Below, one piece after another: positions 25,401 through 35,574 of a stretch of DNA of 64,000 nt. Position 1 is the first letter of the stretch. Each line of letters begins with the position of its first letter. Origin of the DNA: Eledone cirrhosa (Eukaryota); the NCBI GenBank assembly GCA_964016885.1, contig OZ024745.1, forward strand, positions 7,936,001 to 8,000,000, given 5' to 3'. Both the position numbers and the translations under genes were made by a program. The notes beneath the pieces are model-generated. The model made no database searches. It saw only the letters and a list, made by a program, of their open reading frames with translations, and was not told the DNA's origin.

Positions 25401-25733
25401 GTAGACGGCCACCAGTCTAAAGGCACCACCTTCGCTATTGCTCACGTCCAGGACCACCAACTTTCCGTCAGGATCGCGGAAGATTGACCTTACCTCGAGA
25501 TCCAGACATTTCCTAAACAGCACAGCCACTCCACCTCCCATTCCCGGCCGACTAACAGATGCAAAGATCTGATAATCGTCGAAAATCGGCGCCAGTGCGC
25601 GTGTGTCGGAAATTCTGGTCTCGCTGATGGCAATTACATCCATTCCTAGTGACCTGAGGTCGTTGAGCAAGTGACCTTGCTTCCAGGGCGACCCCAGGCC
25701 ACGAACATTTAAACTTCCTACTCTTATGGCCAT
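22419..25733 (-). CDS. Tx1-like ORF2: AP endonuclease + reverse transcriptase + C-terminal CCHC; a frameshift near 22470 displaces the C-terminus, which ends at 22315
   Basis: SLNVRG, ISET, GDWN, YIDRIF, SDH (APE); KSPGLDG, NFRPITLLN, DQSKAFDRV, VRQGCPLS, YADD (RT); CPRCAQSDETVLHALVQC. Confidence 0.92.
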   Translation of the reverse strand: MAIRVGSLNVRGLGSPWKQGHLLNDLRSLGMDVIAISETRISDTRALAPIFDDYQIFASVSRPGMGGGVAVLFRKCLDLEVRSIFRDPDGKLVVLDVSNSEGGAFRLVAVYAPTGAGRPDFFRRLENFLLTSRPLLLIGDWNGILEARWDCVGVSDRSGGCKSLKYLISQFQLSDRYRLDFPNAPVWTWTNRIGSSRSYIDRIFIRKRDRNSVGCPHFKTVAYSDHKLVICMVDLDKTRRLGPSYWKLNMSFPARKAYRDRVNNLVKQKLTGGVVNNRWWGALKREIRATSIGFSKEVAIEKNRKEEGLIAKLDEAICSGIATDVLAARMALDHFFNAKHEGCIVRAKARALRNEGTKAARWARFAETQRGNKTTIRSLTDQDGHELSDSKQMCEAFCQHFARLFGRMGESETAADFSPYLDGLPRLSTADAERCEEPITSVEIQDALVGCSSRKSPGLDGLPYELYVNMPDLFSDLLEALYCNWQQNGSIPSSVSRGVVTLIRKDENKRDTLDNFRPITLLNTEFKILAKVLAKRLALVVKDLVGEAQTCAIPTKSIHDNLHLMRYIIKRVGCKPGFGGALINLDQSKAFDRVDHRYLEAVLEAAGFGPVFRSWIAAMYSGICSVVKVNGHLSEPFQISRSVRQGCPLSSLLYVLTLEPLLRKLELLQGIPLEPGRRKAASAYADDITVMVSDTSEIEVIRTHLEEYERLTGAKLNPEKSVGLQLGTWRGKSMPSNSVVGRWADGPVKLLGVWFGPDLQVDKNWDEVTSRIANLTQKWAERKLSLKGRAEVANAYIASIIYYRLTVVPCPRPRLANLERLLFKFLWRGRVPLVRRSICCQHPLRGGLGMPWLMMRRHALRLRHLQIFCLNGEQVWSPFVRRAFPQLISLTELQSWVKKRPRLGDWHLECCQALTALCKVGNAVSGTSTQDFYRGLVEGKYDDVLGEALGVNEVELTSMFRRTFEPGTMDNFQKSLAWQCYWGALPVRDKLYRHGSAVIRTCPRCAQSDETVLHALVQCPCIADLWGYVEQLLSRVERIRLSAESIVKIDPPPSFGQEGQVIFLCLVAVAKEVAWWTRLKGLKTDSFLSANPSSTSSSFTWKGR

Positions 25734-26187
25734 GCTGGCAGGATGAATGGGAGAGGAAAGGTTTACTTACCTTCCGGGGTCTTGTGAAGGTCGGGTGGTT
25801 CGACCTCCATGGTTTGTGGGGTTTCTTTTGGGAACACCTTTAATAGTCTTGACGTGGGTTTTACGTTCGGGGTTCCCACATCCCGAGGAAAGCTCTTTCG
25901 AATTTCTTTGTATGAAGCGAGCGACATTCGCATCAGAAGCAAATTATCTGGTACGCGAAATGTGCTCGCTTCAAATGTTTCCCCCTCTTTTTCGATGTTT
26001 GTGCTTCGTGCTACATGGGCCATCAATTCCTTGTTGGCCCTTCTGGCAAGCACGAAGTTTTTAATGTTTTGTTGCTCGGGTTTTATTTGTTCGTGTGATT
26101 GTGGTGGTGATAGCTTTGTTAGTGTTGTTTCTATTGTGTCTGCGTTTGTTGTGGGTGGGGTTTCTGTAGTTTCTGATGTTTGTGTGT

Positions 26188-27297
26188 CTATTTGTTCTTG
26201 TGTCTGTTTAGCTTGTTTGCGTTTGGGGGATTTTGGTGATTGTGTTTGTGATGCTGTGGGGAAAATGTTTGTGTGGGTGGTGTGTGTATTTTTTTTTGTG
26301 GGGGTGTTTGTGCTTTGTGGATTTCTTTTTTTTTGTGTTTTGTTTTTTGTATTTTGGGGGACTTTGGTTTTCCCTCATCTTCACTGCTGGAGGATGAGGG
26401 TTCTGTGGCTGTGAGCGTGTTTGTGTCTGAGTGAGTGTTTATGTTCTTGTTCGTGTGTGTATTTTTTTTGGGGGGGGGAGGGGGAATGGGAGAGCTTTCC
26501 TCGTTTCCCTCCTGGGTGTGCAATTTTGGTGGTTCCATTGTTGACGGTGTTGCTGGTGGTCCTTGTCCCGGCGTCGCCAGCAGTGGAATCTTTCGACCCC
26601 TTGCGCTTTTCGGCAGTTGAGGGCAGAAGGCTCGCAAGTGTGTCGTTTCCCCACAAAGGAAACAATGCGGCCTTTTGCCCTCAGTCATTATATGCAACAC
26701 CCTCCCGTTTTGGAGGCGGATGTGGTCCGGGGTTGCTTTTACGTTTTCGGGTCTGATTTGGAGCAGTATCTCCAGATCAACCCCGGACCAGTCGTCCCTG
26801 GCAGTTCTCGTTGCCTCTACCGGGACTGTATCCGTTCCTTCCACGATTACGCAACCCAGAAGCCACCACATATCAAGTCCTGGTGGAATCCTGGGAATGC
26901 GCACACGTGCTATTCGTTTTCCCATGTGGGAGGGGTACATTATGACCTTGCTGGTTTTGCAAGGGGTCATTGAATGCTTCACAGCGAGGGCTTCAGACTT
27001 GAACAGCACCGAAACGGTGCCGTATTGCCTGCCCCTCTCTATGAAGTCTGTGTCCTCTCTGATGTATTTCAGTGCGGCTTCTATATCAGCTTGGGCGATT
27101 ATCGCTGCCCTCTTTGTCTCTACTGAGATGCATCTGAAATGCACCGTTCTTTTTTCCACTGCCTCAATGGCTTCTGCCGGGACAGTTAAGTTTGCCCAGG
27201 TCTGCTCTTGATTTATGATTTTCCAGGCCTGGGCCAACTTTTCCTCTCTGTTGGTTAAGTCGATGCTGTAGCATGGTCTCCTTTTAGCCGCTGCCAC
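26188..27297 (-). CDS. Tx1-like ORF1 with CCHC zinc knuckle; probably frameshifted, extending from ~27644 to 25763
   Basis: CFLCGETTHLRAFC knuckle; lies upstream of ORF2; flanking ORFs 27255-27710 and 25763-26053. Confidence 0.75.
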   Translation of the reverse strand: MAAAKRRPCYSIDLTNREEKLAQAWKIINQEQTWANLTVPAEAIEAVEKRTVHFRCISVETKRAAIIAQADIEAALKYIREDTDFIERGRQYGTVSVLFKSEALAVKHSMTPCKTSKVIMYPSHMGKRIARVRIPRIPPGLDMWWLLGCVIVEGTDTVPVEATRTARDDWSGVDLEILLQIRPENVKATPDHIRLQNGRVLHIMTEGKRPHCFLCGETTHLRAFCPQLPKSARGRKIPLLATPGQGPPATPSTMEPPKLHTQEGNEESSPIPPPPPKKNTHTNKNINTHSDTNTLTATEPSSSSSEDEGKPKSPKIQKTKHKKKEIHKAQTPPQKKIHTPPTQTFSPQHHKHNHQNPPNANKLNRHKNK

Positions 27298-27854
27298 AGC
27301 AGCGAAGGTGTTCTTGTTGATGTTGTCACTGTTGTTGTTCTTGTTGGTGTTACTGCTGCTATTGCTGTTGTTGTTCTCCCCTGTGTCATGGTTACCCTCT
27401 GTGCTGTTGGCCTTGTTGGTGCTGCTGCTGTCGCTACTATTACTCTCTGTGCTGTTCGTTTTGTTGGTGCTCTCGCTATTACCACCTTCCGCGCCGCTCG
27501 GCCCGTTGGTGCTGGCCCGTTGGTGCTGGCACTGTCGCTGCTCACACTCGTGCTGGTGGCGCTCCTCGCCCCACCTCTCCTCTCAACGCTCAAGTCGCCG
27601 TTGCACGACAGCAGACCCGGCTCTAGGGGGCGTGGCTCCGCCATGTTTTTTGAGAAAAAAATTATTATTTTTCCAAAATAAAGTTCAAATATTTGGGCCA
27701 AAAGGCCCAAATATTATGAGTTATTCCTTCACAGGATACAAATAAATGTCTTATAATGCTTCAGCGGTACAAAAAAATAGACAATTCTCCACAATTAATC
27801 CTCAAAAAATTGCTTACTCACGGAGCTTCAAAAAACGTACATCCACTTTCGTCA

Positions 27855-29578
27855 ATAATTATAATAATAAAAACAACAATAATAATAACGACAACAACAA
27901 TAATAATATACATATACATATATATATACACACACACGCACACACATAATCATATCTACACACACACACACGATAGCAACTAACAGCGCTGCGATCGAAT
28001 GTTGCTTTTTGGCCCAGCCAATGATCTAAAATGTCTTGCACAGAGTCGACAACCAAAACATTCACTGGGAATAGTCGGCTGTGGTTGGAGTTCGTGTACT
28101 TTTGCATGTCGCTTGAGCCCTCCTGCTGATTTACATTCTCTACCACATGTTTGGCAAGCATGATGAGTAGCATCTCCAACAGCAGCCTGGTAGTCAACTA
28201 CTGGTCTTACTTTATGACTGCGAAGATGACTTTCGAGTCCAGCTTTGCTTAGGCAGAGTCTCGCACATACGCTGCATGTCAGCACCATAGGAGGACCCTC
28301 GCCGTCTGGAAGTGCAACAGCAATGCCCTTCCTCACATCCCGCTTTACTTTCTCGTATGCGATTCGAGATGCCTCAAAGGCAACTTTTCCCTCATATACA
28401 GTCTTTCTACATTTATTACGATCAGAAGCAATATTCTCCCATGTATCAGCAGAGATGTTAGCGTCTTTCAGAGAGGCTTTCAAGGAATCCTTATACCTCT
28501 TTTTTGGTTTATGTGGCGGTCGTTTTCCTTTAACCAACTCTCCATAAAAGAGTTGTTTTGGTATTCTAGAATCCTTCATCCTGGAAAGGTGACCACTCCA
28601 ACGGAGTCGTTGCTTAAGCACAAGAGCTTCTATACTGTCACACATAGAACTTTCCAAAATCTCGACATCACTGATGTGGTCCCTCCAGTGAATGCCATGG
28701 ATCCGTCTGAGACACATCTGATGGAAACGCTCCATTTGCTTAAGGTGGTGTCGATATGTGATCCAAGTCTCGCAGGCATAAAGAAGACAAGTGAGCACAC
28801 ATGCCCTGTACACCTTTACCTTTGTCCTCCTGCATATGTCTCGCCGACGCCAGAGTCGCCTTTCTAGCTTTCCGAAAGCATCACTTGCTTTCCTAATCCC
28901 AAGTGAGATTTCACTGTCAAGGTTGCTGTATCGATTGACAGTGCTTCCCAGGTAGACAAACTGATCAACCACTCCAAGTCGTTTGCCATACACATAGATG
29001 TTTGGTTCAGTGTACTGCTTACCAGGGGTAGGTTGGTACATGACGACGGTTTTCTTGAGACTGACAGTCAGACCTAGGGCAGTGCAAGCGTCAGAAAATG
29101 CATTCAAAATGTGCTGCATATCACTCTCTGTGTGCACTACAAGATCGCAATCATCTGCATACAAGAGGTCTCTTATGATTGATGTAAATACTTTTGTCTT
29201 CGCAGCAAAGCGCCTGATGTTAAATATGCTGCCTGAGGTTCGATATCGGATGTAAACACCATGCTCGCAATTCCTGAATGCAATACAAAAAACCATTGCA
29301 AAGTATATGGCAAACAGGGTCGGTGCTGGAATATGCCCCTGTTTCACTCCATTTTTTACAGAGATAGGCTCCGACATGTTACCCCCGACATTAACCCAAG
29401 CCTTCATGTCGTCATGGAAAGACCTAACTAAAGCAAGGAACTTATCAGGGCAACCAAGTTTCTGGAGAAACTTCCATAATGCATCTCTGTTAACAGTATC
29501 GAAAGCTTTTGTCAGATCGAAAAAACCCTGATACAGATCCAAGCCTTGTTCCATCCACTTCTCCTGGAGCTGTCTAGC
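27855..29578 (-). mobile_element. 5'-truncated RTE-like LINE (family B)
   Basis: Inverted near-copy of 44600-46320. Confidence 0.9.
27980..29554 (-). CDS. Truncated RT with three C-terminal C2H2-like zinc fingers
   Basis: DLTKAFDTV, GVKQG, LYADD, FVYLGS; three CxxC...HxxxH-type motifs, the last ending SNIRSQRC. Confidence 0.8.
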   Translation of the reverse strand: MEQGLDLYQGFFDLTKAFDTVNRDALWKFLQKLGCPDKFLALVRSFHDDMKAWVNVGGNMSEPISVKNGVKQGHIPAPTLFAIYFAMVFCIAFRNCEHGVYIRYRTSGSIFNIRRFAAKTKVFTSIIRDLLYADDCDLVVHTESDMQHILNAFSDACTALGLTVSLKKTVVMYQPTPGKQYTEPNIYVYGKRLGVVDQFVYLGSTVNRYSNLDSEISLGIRKASDAFGKLERRLWRRRDICRRTKVKVYRACVLTCLLYACETWITYRHHLKQMERFHQMCLRRIHGIHWRDHISDVEILESSMCDSIEALVLKQRLRWSGHLSRMKDSRIPKQLFYGELVKGKRPPHKPKKRYKDSLKASLKDANISADTWENIASDRNKCRKTVYEGKVAFEASRIAYEKVKRDVRKGIAVALPDGEGPPMVLTCSVCARLCLSKAGLESHLRSHKVRPVVDYQAAVGDATHHACQTCGRECKSAGGLKRHAKVHELQPQPTIPSECFGCRLCARHFRSLAGPKSNIRSQRC

Positions 29579-29669
29579 CTAGAATATCATATCAGTAGTA
29601 TGCATACATACATACATACATACATACATACATACATACATACATACATACATACATACATACATACAT

Positions 29670-30079
29670 GGTGGCTGCCAACTCGTTTTCGAGTACGGCC
29701 ACTACTTTATATCCATGTAGGAGAACCCCTGCCGATGCGCTGAAGTGTGACTTTTTAGTCCAGCCAGCGACTTGAAAACTCTGGTACAAACACTACACTT
29801 GTGACAATTATTGACACATAGTGCTGGGCCCATGGTACCATGTGACGACAAGTGCAGAGAGATCTCCAGATATAAAGCAATGCCTGTGCCGTGAAGCTTT
29901 TATAGTGAACAAAGGCACTGCACAAAGCCAGTCCCACTCTCTTAACCAAGATGATATTTACCAAAAAGAAGAACAAGTCAACATCATTGGACACCATCAG
30001 GGTTGCAGGTGTTATATCAGAGTTTTCCTTCTCCTAGAATTCTGCCTTGACAAAGGCTAAGGGGGTCATCTCTCCCGGT
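29670..30079 (-). mobile_element. Short non-autonomous RTE-related element, copy 2
   Basis: Near-identical to the other copies; (TATG)n tail. Confidence 0.85.
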
Positions 30080-30229
30080 CAATCGACTCCTATACATACC
30101 TACATATATACATATGTATGTATGTGTGTATGTATATATATATGTATGTATGTAGGTATGTATAGGAGTCGATTGACTTTCGTCAAATCGGACCGAGGAA
30201 ACAATGTTTCCGTTGGTCTTTCCAGTTGC

Positions 30230-30384
30230 TAATACTCTCTATCAGTCGCAACTCCAGGTAGAAGGGGCAACGTGAAATAAAGTGTCTTGCTCAAGGACAT
30301 AACGCATCAACCAGTCCAGGAATCTAACTCACAACCTCACGATTGTGAATCCTATTCGCTACCCACTCAGCCACACGCCTTCAC
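30230..30384 (-). mobile_element. tRNA-derived SINE head
   Basis: Minus strand: A-box TGGCTGAGTGG, B-box GAGTTAGATTCC, then GTCCTTGAGCAAGACAC. Confidence 0.65.
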
Positions 30385-30489
30385 AATGTATGTATGTATA
30401 TATATATATGTATGTACGTGTGTATGTATGTATATATATATATGTAGGTATGTATGTATTTATGTATATATGTATATTTATATATACAT

Positions 30490-31550
30490 ATTTCGTTTCT
30501 GAATTTGTTTAGCAAGATTCTTTATCTGAAATCGTGTGTTGAAACCGATATTGTTATAACTCGGGAGGGTCATGTTGCCAATAAGAAACACACGCACCAG
30601 TTGCTTTCAATTCAATTTATTATAATAAATTTATAATAAATTTATAAATTTATAGATTTCTGGTTGGTTGGTTCCACAACCAGATAGTTGTTTATATATT
30701 GTCATAGTTCTTTCGTCACACACTCTGTGACCACTTCAGTGACTGGGGCTTCCTTTCTTTGTTTCTGTGCCTCTCCTTTGTTCTGTCCTACGCCATTTTG
30801 TTTCTGTGTGTGTGTTGTGTGCTCAGTCTGCGCATGCGCCACATCCGGGTGTCTGTGTGTGTTTATGTTCATTTATTTATTTGTTTATTTACATGTTACT
30901 GGTTGGTTGTTTGTTCTATGTGTGTGTGTGTTTTCATTTTGTCCTTAATTGTAAGTTGTGATGTTGCTGTTCCAATCATATTTTCTATTTAATTTTGGTT
31001 GTAATTCTTTTATGTTTATTGCCTCTGTAATTTGTCTAAACATTGCGTCTTTTCTGTGTGTAGATTCTATTTTTATTTCTATGTTCTCTATTGTGTTCTA
31101 TTTTAGCATGTTGGTAGAGTACAGATGATTCTTTACTATCTTGAAGGTCTCGCCAGTGTTCATTTATCCGATCCCCTACACTACGAGCTGTCTCACCTAT
31201 GTACACTATATTTTTGTCTCTACATTGTCCTTCAGTACATCTTATGCTATACACTACATTTCTAGTTTTACAGTTAATATGGGGGCTTATTTTACAGGTT
31301 ATACATTTCTTATCTATACATGAGGGTCTTTGAAAAGGGTATGTCTTGCTAATAAGTGTTTTTACGGAGGTACCTGGTCTTTCTACTACCTTAATATTGA
31401 GTTTATGTTTATTTAGGGCCCTTCTAAATTTGTAAGCTAATTCACCTCTAAGAGTTGTATCGATGAACATTACACTCTGGTATTTATTGCTATCATACCA
31501 TGAGTTTATTCTATTAGCCTTGTTCCTAGTTCTGATCAGAGCAAACAGCA
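30490..31550 (-). mobile_element. Penelope-like element 3' part (GIY-YIG endonuclease + terminal repeat)
   Basis: ORF 31036-31557 plus a terminal repeat shared with 15030-15345. Confidence 0.85.
30701..30743 (-). ncRNA. Hammerhead ribozyme motif with a core substitution
   Basis: GTCA-CTGAAGT-G-GTCACA..TGTGAC-GAAA-GAAC-TA-TGAC; A9 changed to T. Confidence 0.55.
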
Positions 31551-31557
31551 CGGACAC
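31036..31557 (-). pseudogene. Penelope GIY-YIG endonuclease fragment
   Basis: Cys-rich linker, then NCKTRNVVYSIRC...YIGETARSVGDRINEH...SVLYQH...H. Confidence 0.85.
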
Positions 31558-31765
31558 TCTATCTCAAAATTATTTTTGAAAAGCATTTAGAAATGCGCAA
31601 CCGGTAAAAACTTAAAAACTTAAAACCACAACTGAATACTAACCCATACAATCACTAATACTCTTTTATTCCTAATTAAACCATTTTTCAACTGTGAACA
31701 ATTTGTCAGCATTTTCTATTCCGTTTACCAATATATAATAACTTGTGTGTTACACCTCTATTCTT
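31555..31765 (+). mobile_element. Terminal module also present at 50460-50660
   Basis: CACTCTATCTCAAAATTATTTTT...GAAATGCGCAACCGGTAAAAAC...CACCTCTATT in both. Confidence 0.7.
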
Positions 31766-32018
31766 ATACGTCCATGAGTATATGTGCGCGCGCATGCGTA
31801 TCTTCATGTTGTTCATGTCATTATTAGTCCAACTGATTATATGGTGACTGCTGAAATCTGCCGTCATCTCTTACCCACGCCATTGTTGATGTTGTTATTG
31901 TTGTTGATGTTGTTGTTGTTGTTGTTGTTAATGTTGTGGTAGATATTGTAGATATTTCTACTGACTTGCAACACACCGAACGCTTTTGTTTTTATAGATT
32001 TTTGTTATTTTCGTTGTT

Positions 32019-32051
<33 letters not shown>

Positions 32052-32135
32052 CTTGTTGTTGTTGTTCTTCTTCTTCTTCTTCTTCTTCTTCTTCTTCTTC
32101 TTCTTCTTCTTCTTCTTTTTCTTCTTCTTCTTCTC

Positions 32136-33195
32136 GACGGTGATCAGGTGTGGTCGCCGTTTGCCAGACTCGTCTTTCCCCAGCTCGTCTCCTTGACGGA
32201 GCTGCAGTCCTGGGTCAAGCGAAGACCGAGAGGGAGCGCTTGGAGACTGGAATGTCTTCAGGCGCTCACAGCCCTCGACCAATCGGGCAATGTGATCGGT
32301 GGAAACTCCACCTTGGATTTCTATAGAGGATTAGTGGAGGGGAAGAGCGACGACGTACTTGGAGAAACTCTAGGCGTCGACGAAAATCAACTAGCCAATC
32401 TCTTTGGAAGAACTTTCGGGTCGGGGCCTATGGACAACTTCCAGAAATCTCTGGCCTGGCAGTGCTACCGAGGAGCTTTGCCAGTTCGGGATAAACTCTA
32501 CAGGCATGGAGGTACCGTCAGCCGGGCATGTCCGAGATGCGCGCAGGGCGACGAAACCGCCCTGCGCGCATTCGTCCAATGTCCGAACATTGCTGACTTG
32601 TGGGTTTATGTCGAACACCTGCTGTCGCGTGTAGAACGGATCCGACTATCAGCTGAGTCCATCGTGAGGATTGCCCCGCCCTCTACCTTTAGCCGGGAAG
32701 GGCAGGCAGTTTTTATCTGTCTGGTGGCCATGGCGATAGAGATAGTATGGTGGACGCGTCTGAAAGGACTGAAGACGAGCACTTACCTCTTCGGTGATGC
32801 CCTGATTAACTTTTTCAAATTTCATTTGAAAAGGAAAATCAGGGTAGAGAGGGAAGTGCTCTCTTCCCAGCTTTTTGTTGAAAGATGGGTGAGAGAGGCA
32901 AGAATGGCCCGAGTGAATGGGCCTACTCTGAGTATGTGTCTGTAAATTAAAAGTGGAAAACTGGGAGAGGGCACTTGCCCTGGTGGTCAGGGTCACTGTG
33001 GTCTTTTAATGGGCTTTCTCTACAAATGTCCCTCGGAAGCCCCCCCCCCCCCTATTGGGGAATTTTTCTTTGTTATTTTATTACATCCTCTGTTTTTTTT
33101 TACACGCAGAAATGCCCATTTGTACCGTCCTGTATTGTCCTGTACTGTCCTTAATGTCTACTTTATGTAAACCCTTGTGGTTAATAAAGAAAACA
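32136..33195 (+). mobile_element. 5'-truncated Tx1-like element (ORF2 C-terminus 32148-32945)
   Basis: The 265-aa ORF aligns with the ORF2 C-terminus at 22315-23110; AATAAA then (ATT)n; 5' end abuts (TTC)n. Confidence 0.9.
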
Positions 33196-33257
33196 TTATT
33201 ATTATTATCATTATTATCATTATTATTATTATTTTATTATCATTATGCTGCTGCTAC

Positions 33258-33313
<56 letters not shown>

Positions 33314-33400
33314 TTGCTGCTATCATTCACTTCTATTGACTGCTTTCCACTGAGATATTTTTACTTTATGCGCCTTACACACACATACGCGCGCACATAC

Positions 33401-33431
<31 letters not shown>

Positions 33432-33572
33432 GGGATTGTAACGTCAAGTTACTGTAAGTTCACCAGATTGACACTCGTAGTTTCCAGTATATTTATTGGT
33501 GTTGTACTAAGCAGAGTGTAATACTACAAATAATAAAAGAAAAGCGAAGTGTTAATCTTCATTACGTTTATT

Positions 33573-33653
33573 AGGTGTGACGCGCGTTTCTGCTCAAGGC
33601 TCTATCTCTATCGATCTGGCCCTACTTTGGAATCAAAAGCTCGCCAGACTTCT
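33573..33653 (-). ncRNA. Degenerate hammerhead-like motif
   Basis: AGAAGT-CTGGCGA-GCT...AGCA-GAAAC-GCGC-GTC-ACACCT; palindromic stem III, core A-to-G change. Confidence 0.45.
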
Positions 33654-34276
33654 ATTATGGTAATGACAGAATATATATATATATATATATCATGTATATG
33701 ACCTACGCAGTCACAATATCCACACGCCTGCATATGAATTGTTATCGCACTCTTTCTTTCTCAAAACTGTTTCCTCAATGCCTCTTTAATATTTGGACTA
33801 TTCCCTTGTTTTAACTGTTGCATGTATTCCACCCCGTGCTTTTGATTTGATTTTGATTTTTATTTAATTTTGATTGTAATTTCAATTTGAACTTGAATGC
33901 TTGTACAATTATTGTACAATTCTCGTAAAATACATGTCGCATCCATTCCACCCTGTAAATACGAAACTGTTGCTCACAACATCAATTTATATGTATCTAT
34001 ATTATTGTTCAGTTGAATTATATAGAAGGTGAATTATATGTGCAAACATTGATAATGCTCCGATGACTCCAAACGAAGAAAGATTGTCAGCTATTAAATG
34101 ATTTGAACACAACTTTGATAATTGTATAATTTATTGATTTAACTACTCTGTAAAATAACTGATGTTCATACATTGAGCTATTTCCCTTACTGGTAATAAG
34201 GTTATTAAGAAATTACTGACCTTTCTGTTTGTGGTTGTTTATACTATATACATAACTACAAATAGTATTATTATTA

Positions 34277-35054
34277 TCTATATATATAAAACAGAGGATG
34301 TCTGTGTGTCTGTTTCCCTAAAACTCGAGAAGTACCCAACCAGTTTTTTTCAAACTTTATACATGTAACTCGTATGACCCCGGAAGTGTTTTGAGCAAAA
34401 GAAATTTCAAATTTTCAATGCCCTAGGGACCGCATTAGGCGATTTAGCGATCTCTTTCTCTTTCTCTTTTTAGACAGATACATAGATATGACGTCGCGCC
34501 TTCATAATATCTGTCTGTATGCCTGACTGTCTGCATTACGTCATTATGACGCGATCAGTGTGTGTGTGTGTGTATATATTCTTATGCCAGGGAACGTCTT
34601 CATGAACCAAAGTATCGTCTTCCTGTTTTCCAGATTGATTTTTTTAGTTTAAGAAGATCCCGTTAAGGTTGAAAGCAGCGATTCTTTGCTTAAACATTAA
34701 TATGTTATTTTAATATAGATATTCGTGTACAGATATTTTTGCATACACAAAAACAAAATATAAACAAACAAGGCCAAAGATTACATCAATTAGTCTTAGT
34801 GTATGTACTTCATACTGCTTTTAGGTAGAATATCCCGTTAAGGGTGAAAGCAGTGATTCTTTGCTTAAACTTTAGTCTGTTATTTTAATATATATATATA
34901 TATAATTATATATTTATGGACAGATATTTTTGCATACACAATAACAAAATATAAACAAACGTATTTATTTCACGAGGTTCGATAAGGATAAATATATATC
35001 AAATATATAAGAACCCTATAGCAAATCCCGAGCAACGCCGGGCCATTCTGCTAG
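34277..35054 (+). mobile_element. Non-autonomous Helitron-type element
   Basis: A|TC 5' end, subterminal hairpin CCCGAGCAACGCCGGG, 3' CTAG|T; internal direct duplication ~34658-34770 / 34832-34960. Confidence 0.75.
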
Positions 35055-35574
35055 TATATATATATACATGCACACGTAACTAAGAGCTTCAATTGTCTCA
35101 CTCACAACACTCATACTATAGTCAAGACTTTAGAAATTACAACAGTTGTTATAAAGTTAACAGAAAACGCCTTCAAAACCTGGTACACACATTACATGAA
35201 TTGCTTTAGATCCAGAGACAGAATCGATTTGACAACATCGCCTCAATAGATCTGAAGACTCAAAAATATCGACAATATTCTAATAAAATGTGTGTAAAGG
35301 TAACGCAATGAGGAAAGACGAACATTACAGGAAAAATACGTTAATAGCATCAGATAATATCTTAAAGGAAAGAGACAAAGTATTCTCCACGTGCTGCCAG
35401 AGGAAAACATTTTTACTTCGGAGAATTTCGAAAACCAAATAGGGTAAATTAATACGAAAACATCTTGAGTAATCTCCCTTGAAACTACAAATTTCTATTC
35501 CTCTTTAAAGTAAAACGAATCATGTAAGTCTGTAGAGACAATTAGCATGAATAATTACTCTAATCTCATAACTA

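Larger units (their letters stand above)
22063..27854 (-). mobile_element. Near full-length Tx1/L1-group non-LTR retrotransposon
   Basis: Two-ORF layout, 3' AATAAA followed by (ATT)n, inserted in the ATT tract of an RTE 3' UTR. Confidence 0.9.

Noticed and set aside
22442-27745. Numerous plus-strand ORFs within the Tx1 element
   Set aside because: Antisense or alternative-frame by-products
34054-34097. GCT-CCGATGA..GAAAGATTGTC-AGC hammerhead-like string
   Set aside because: Core mutated and stems II and III do not pair convincingly
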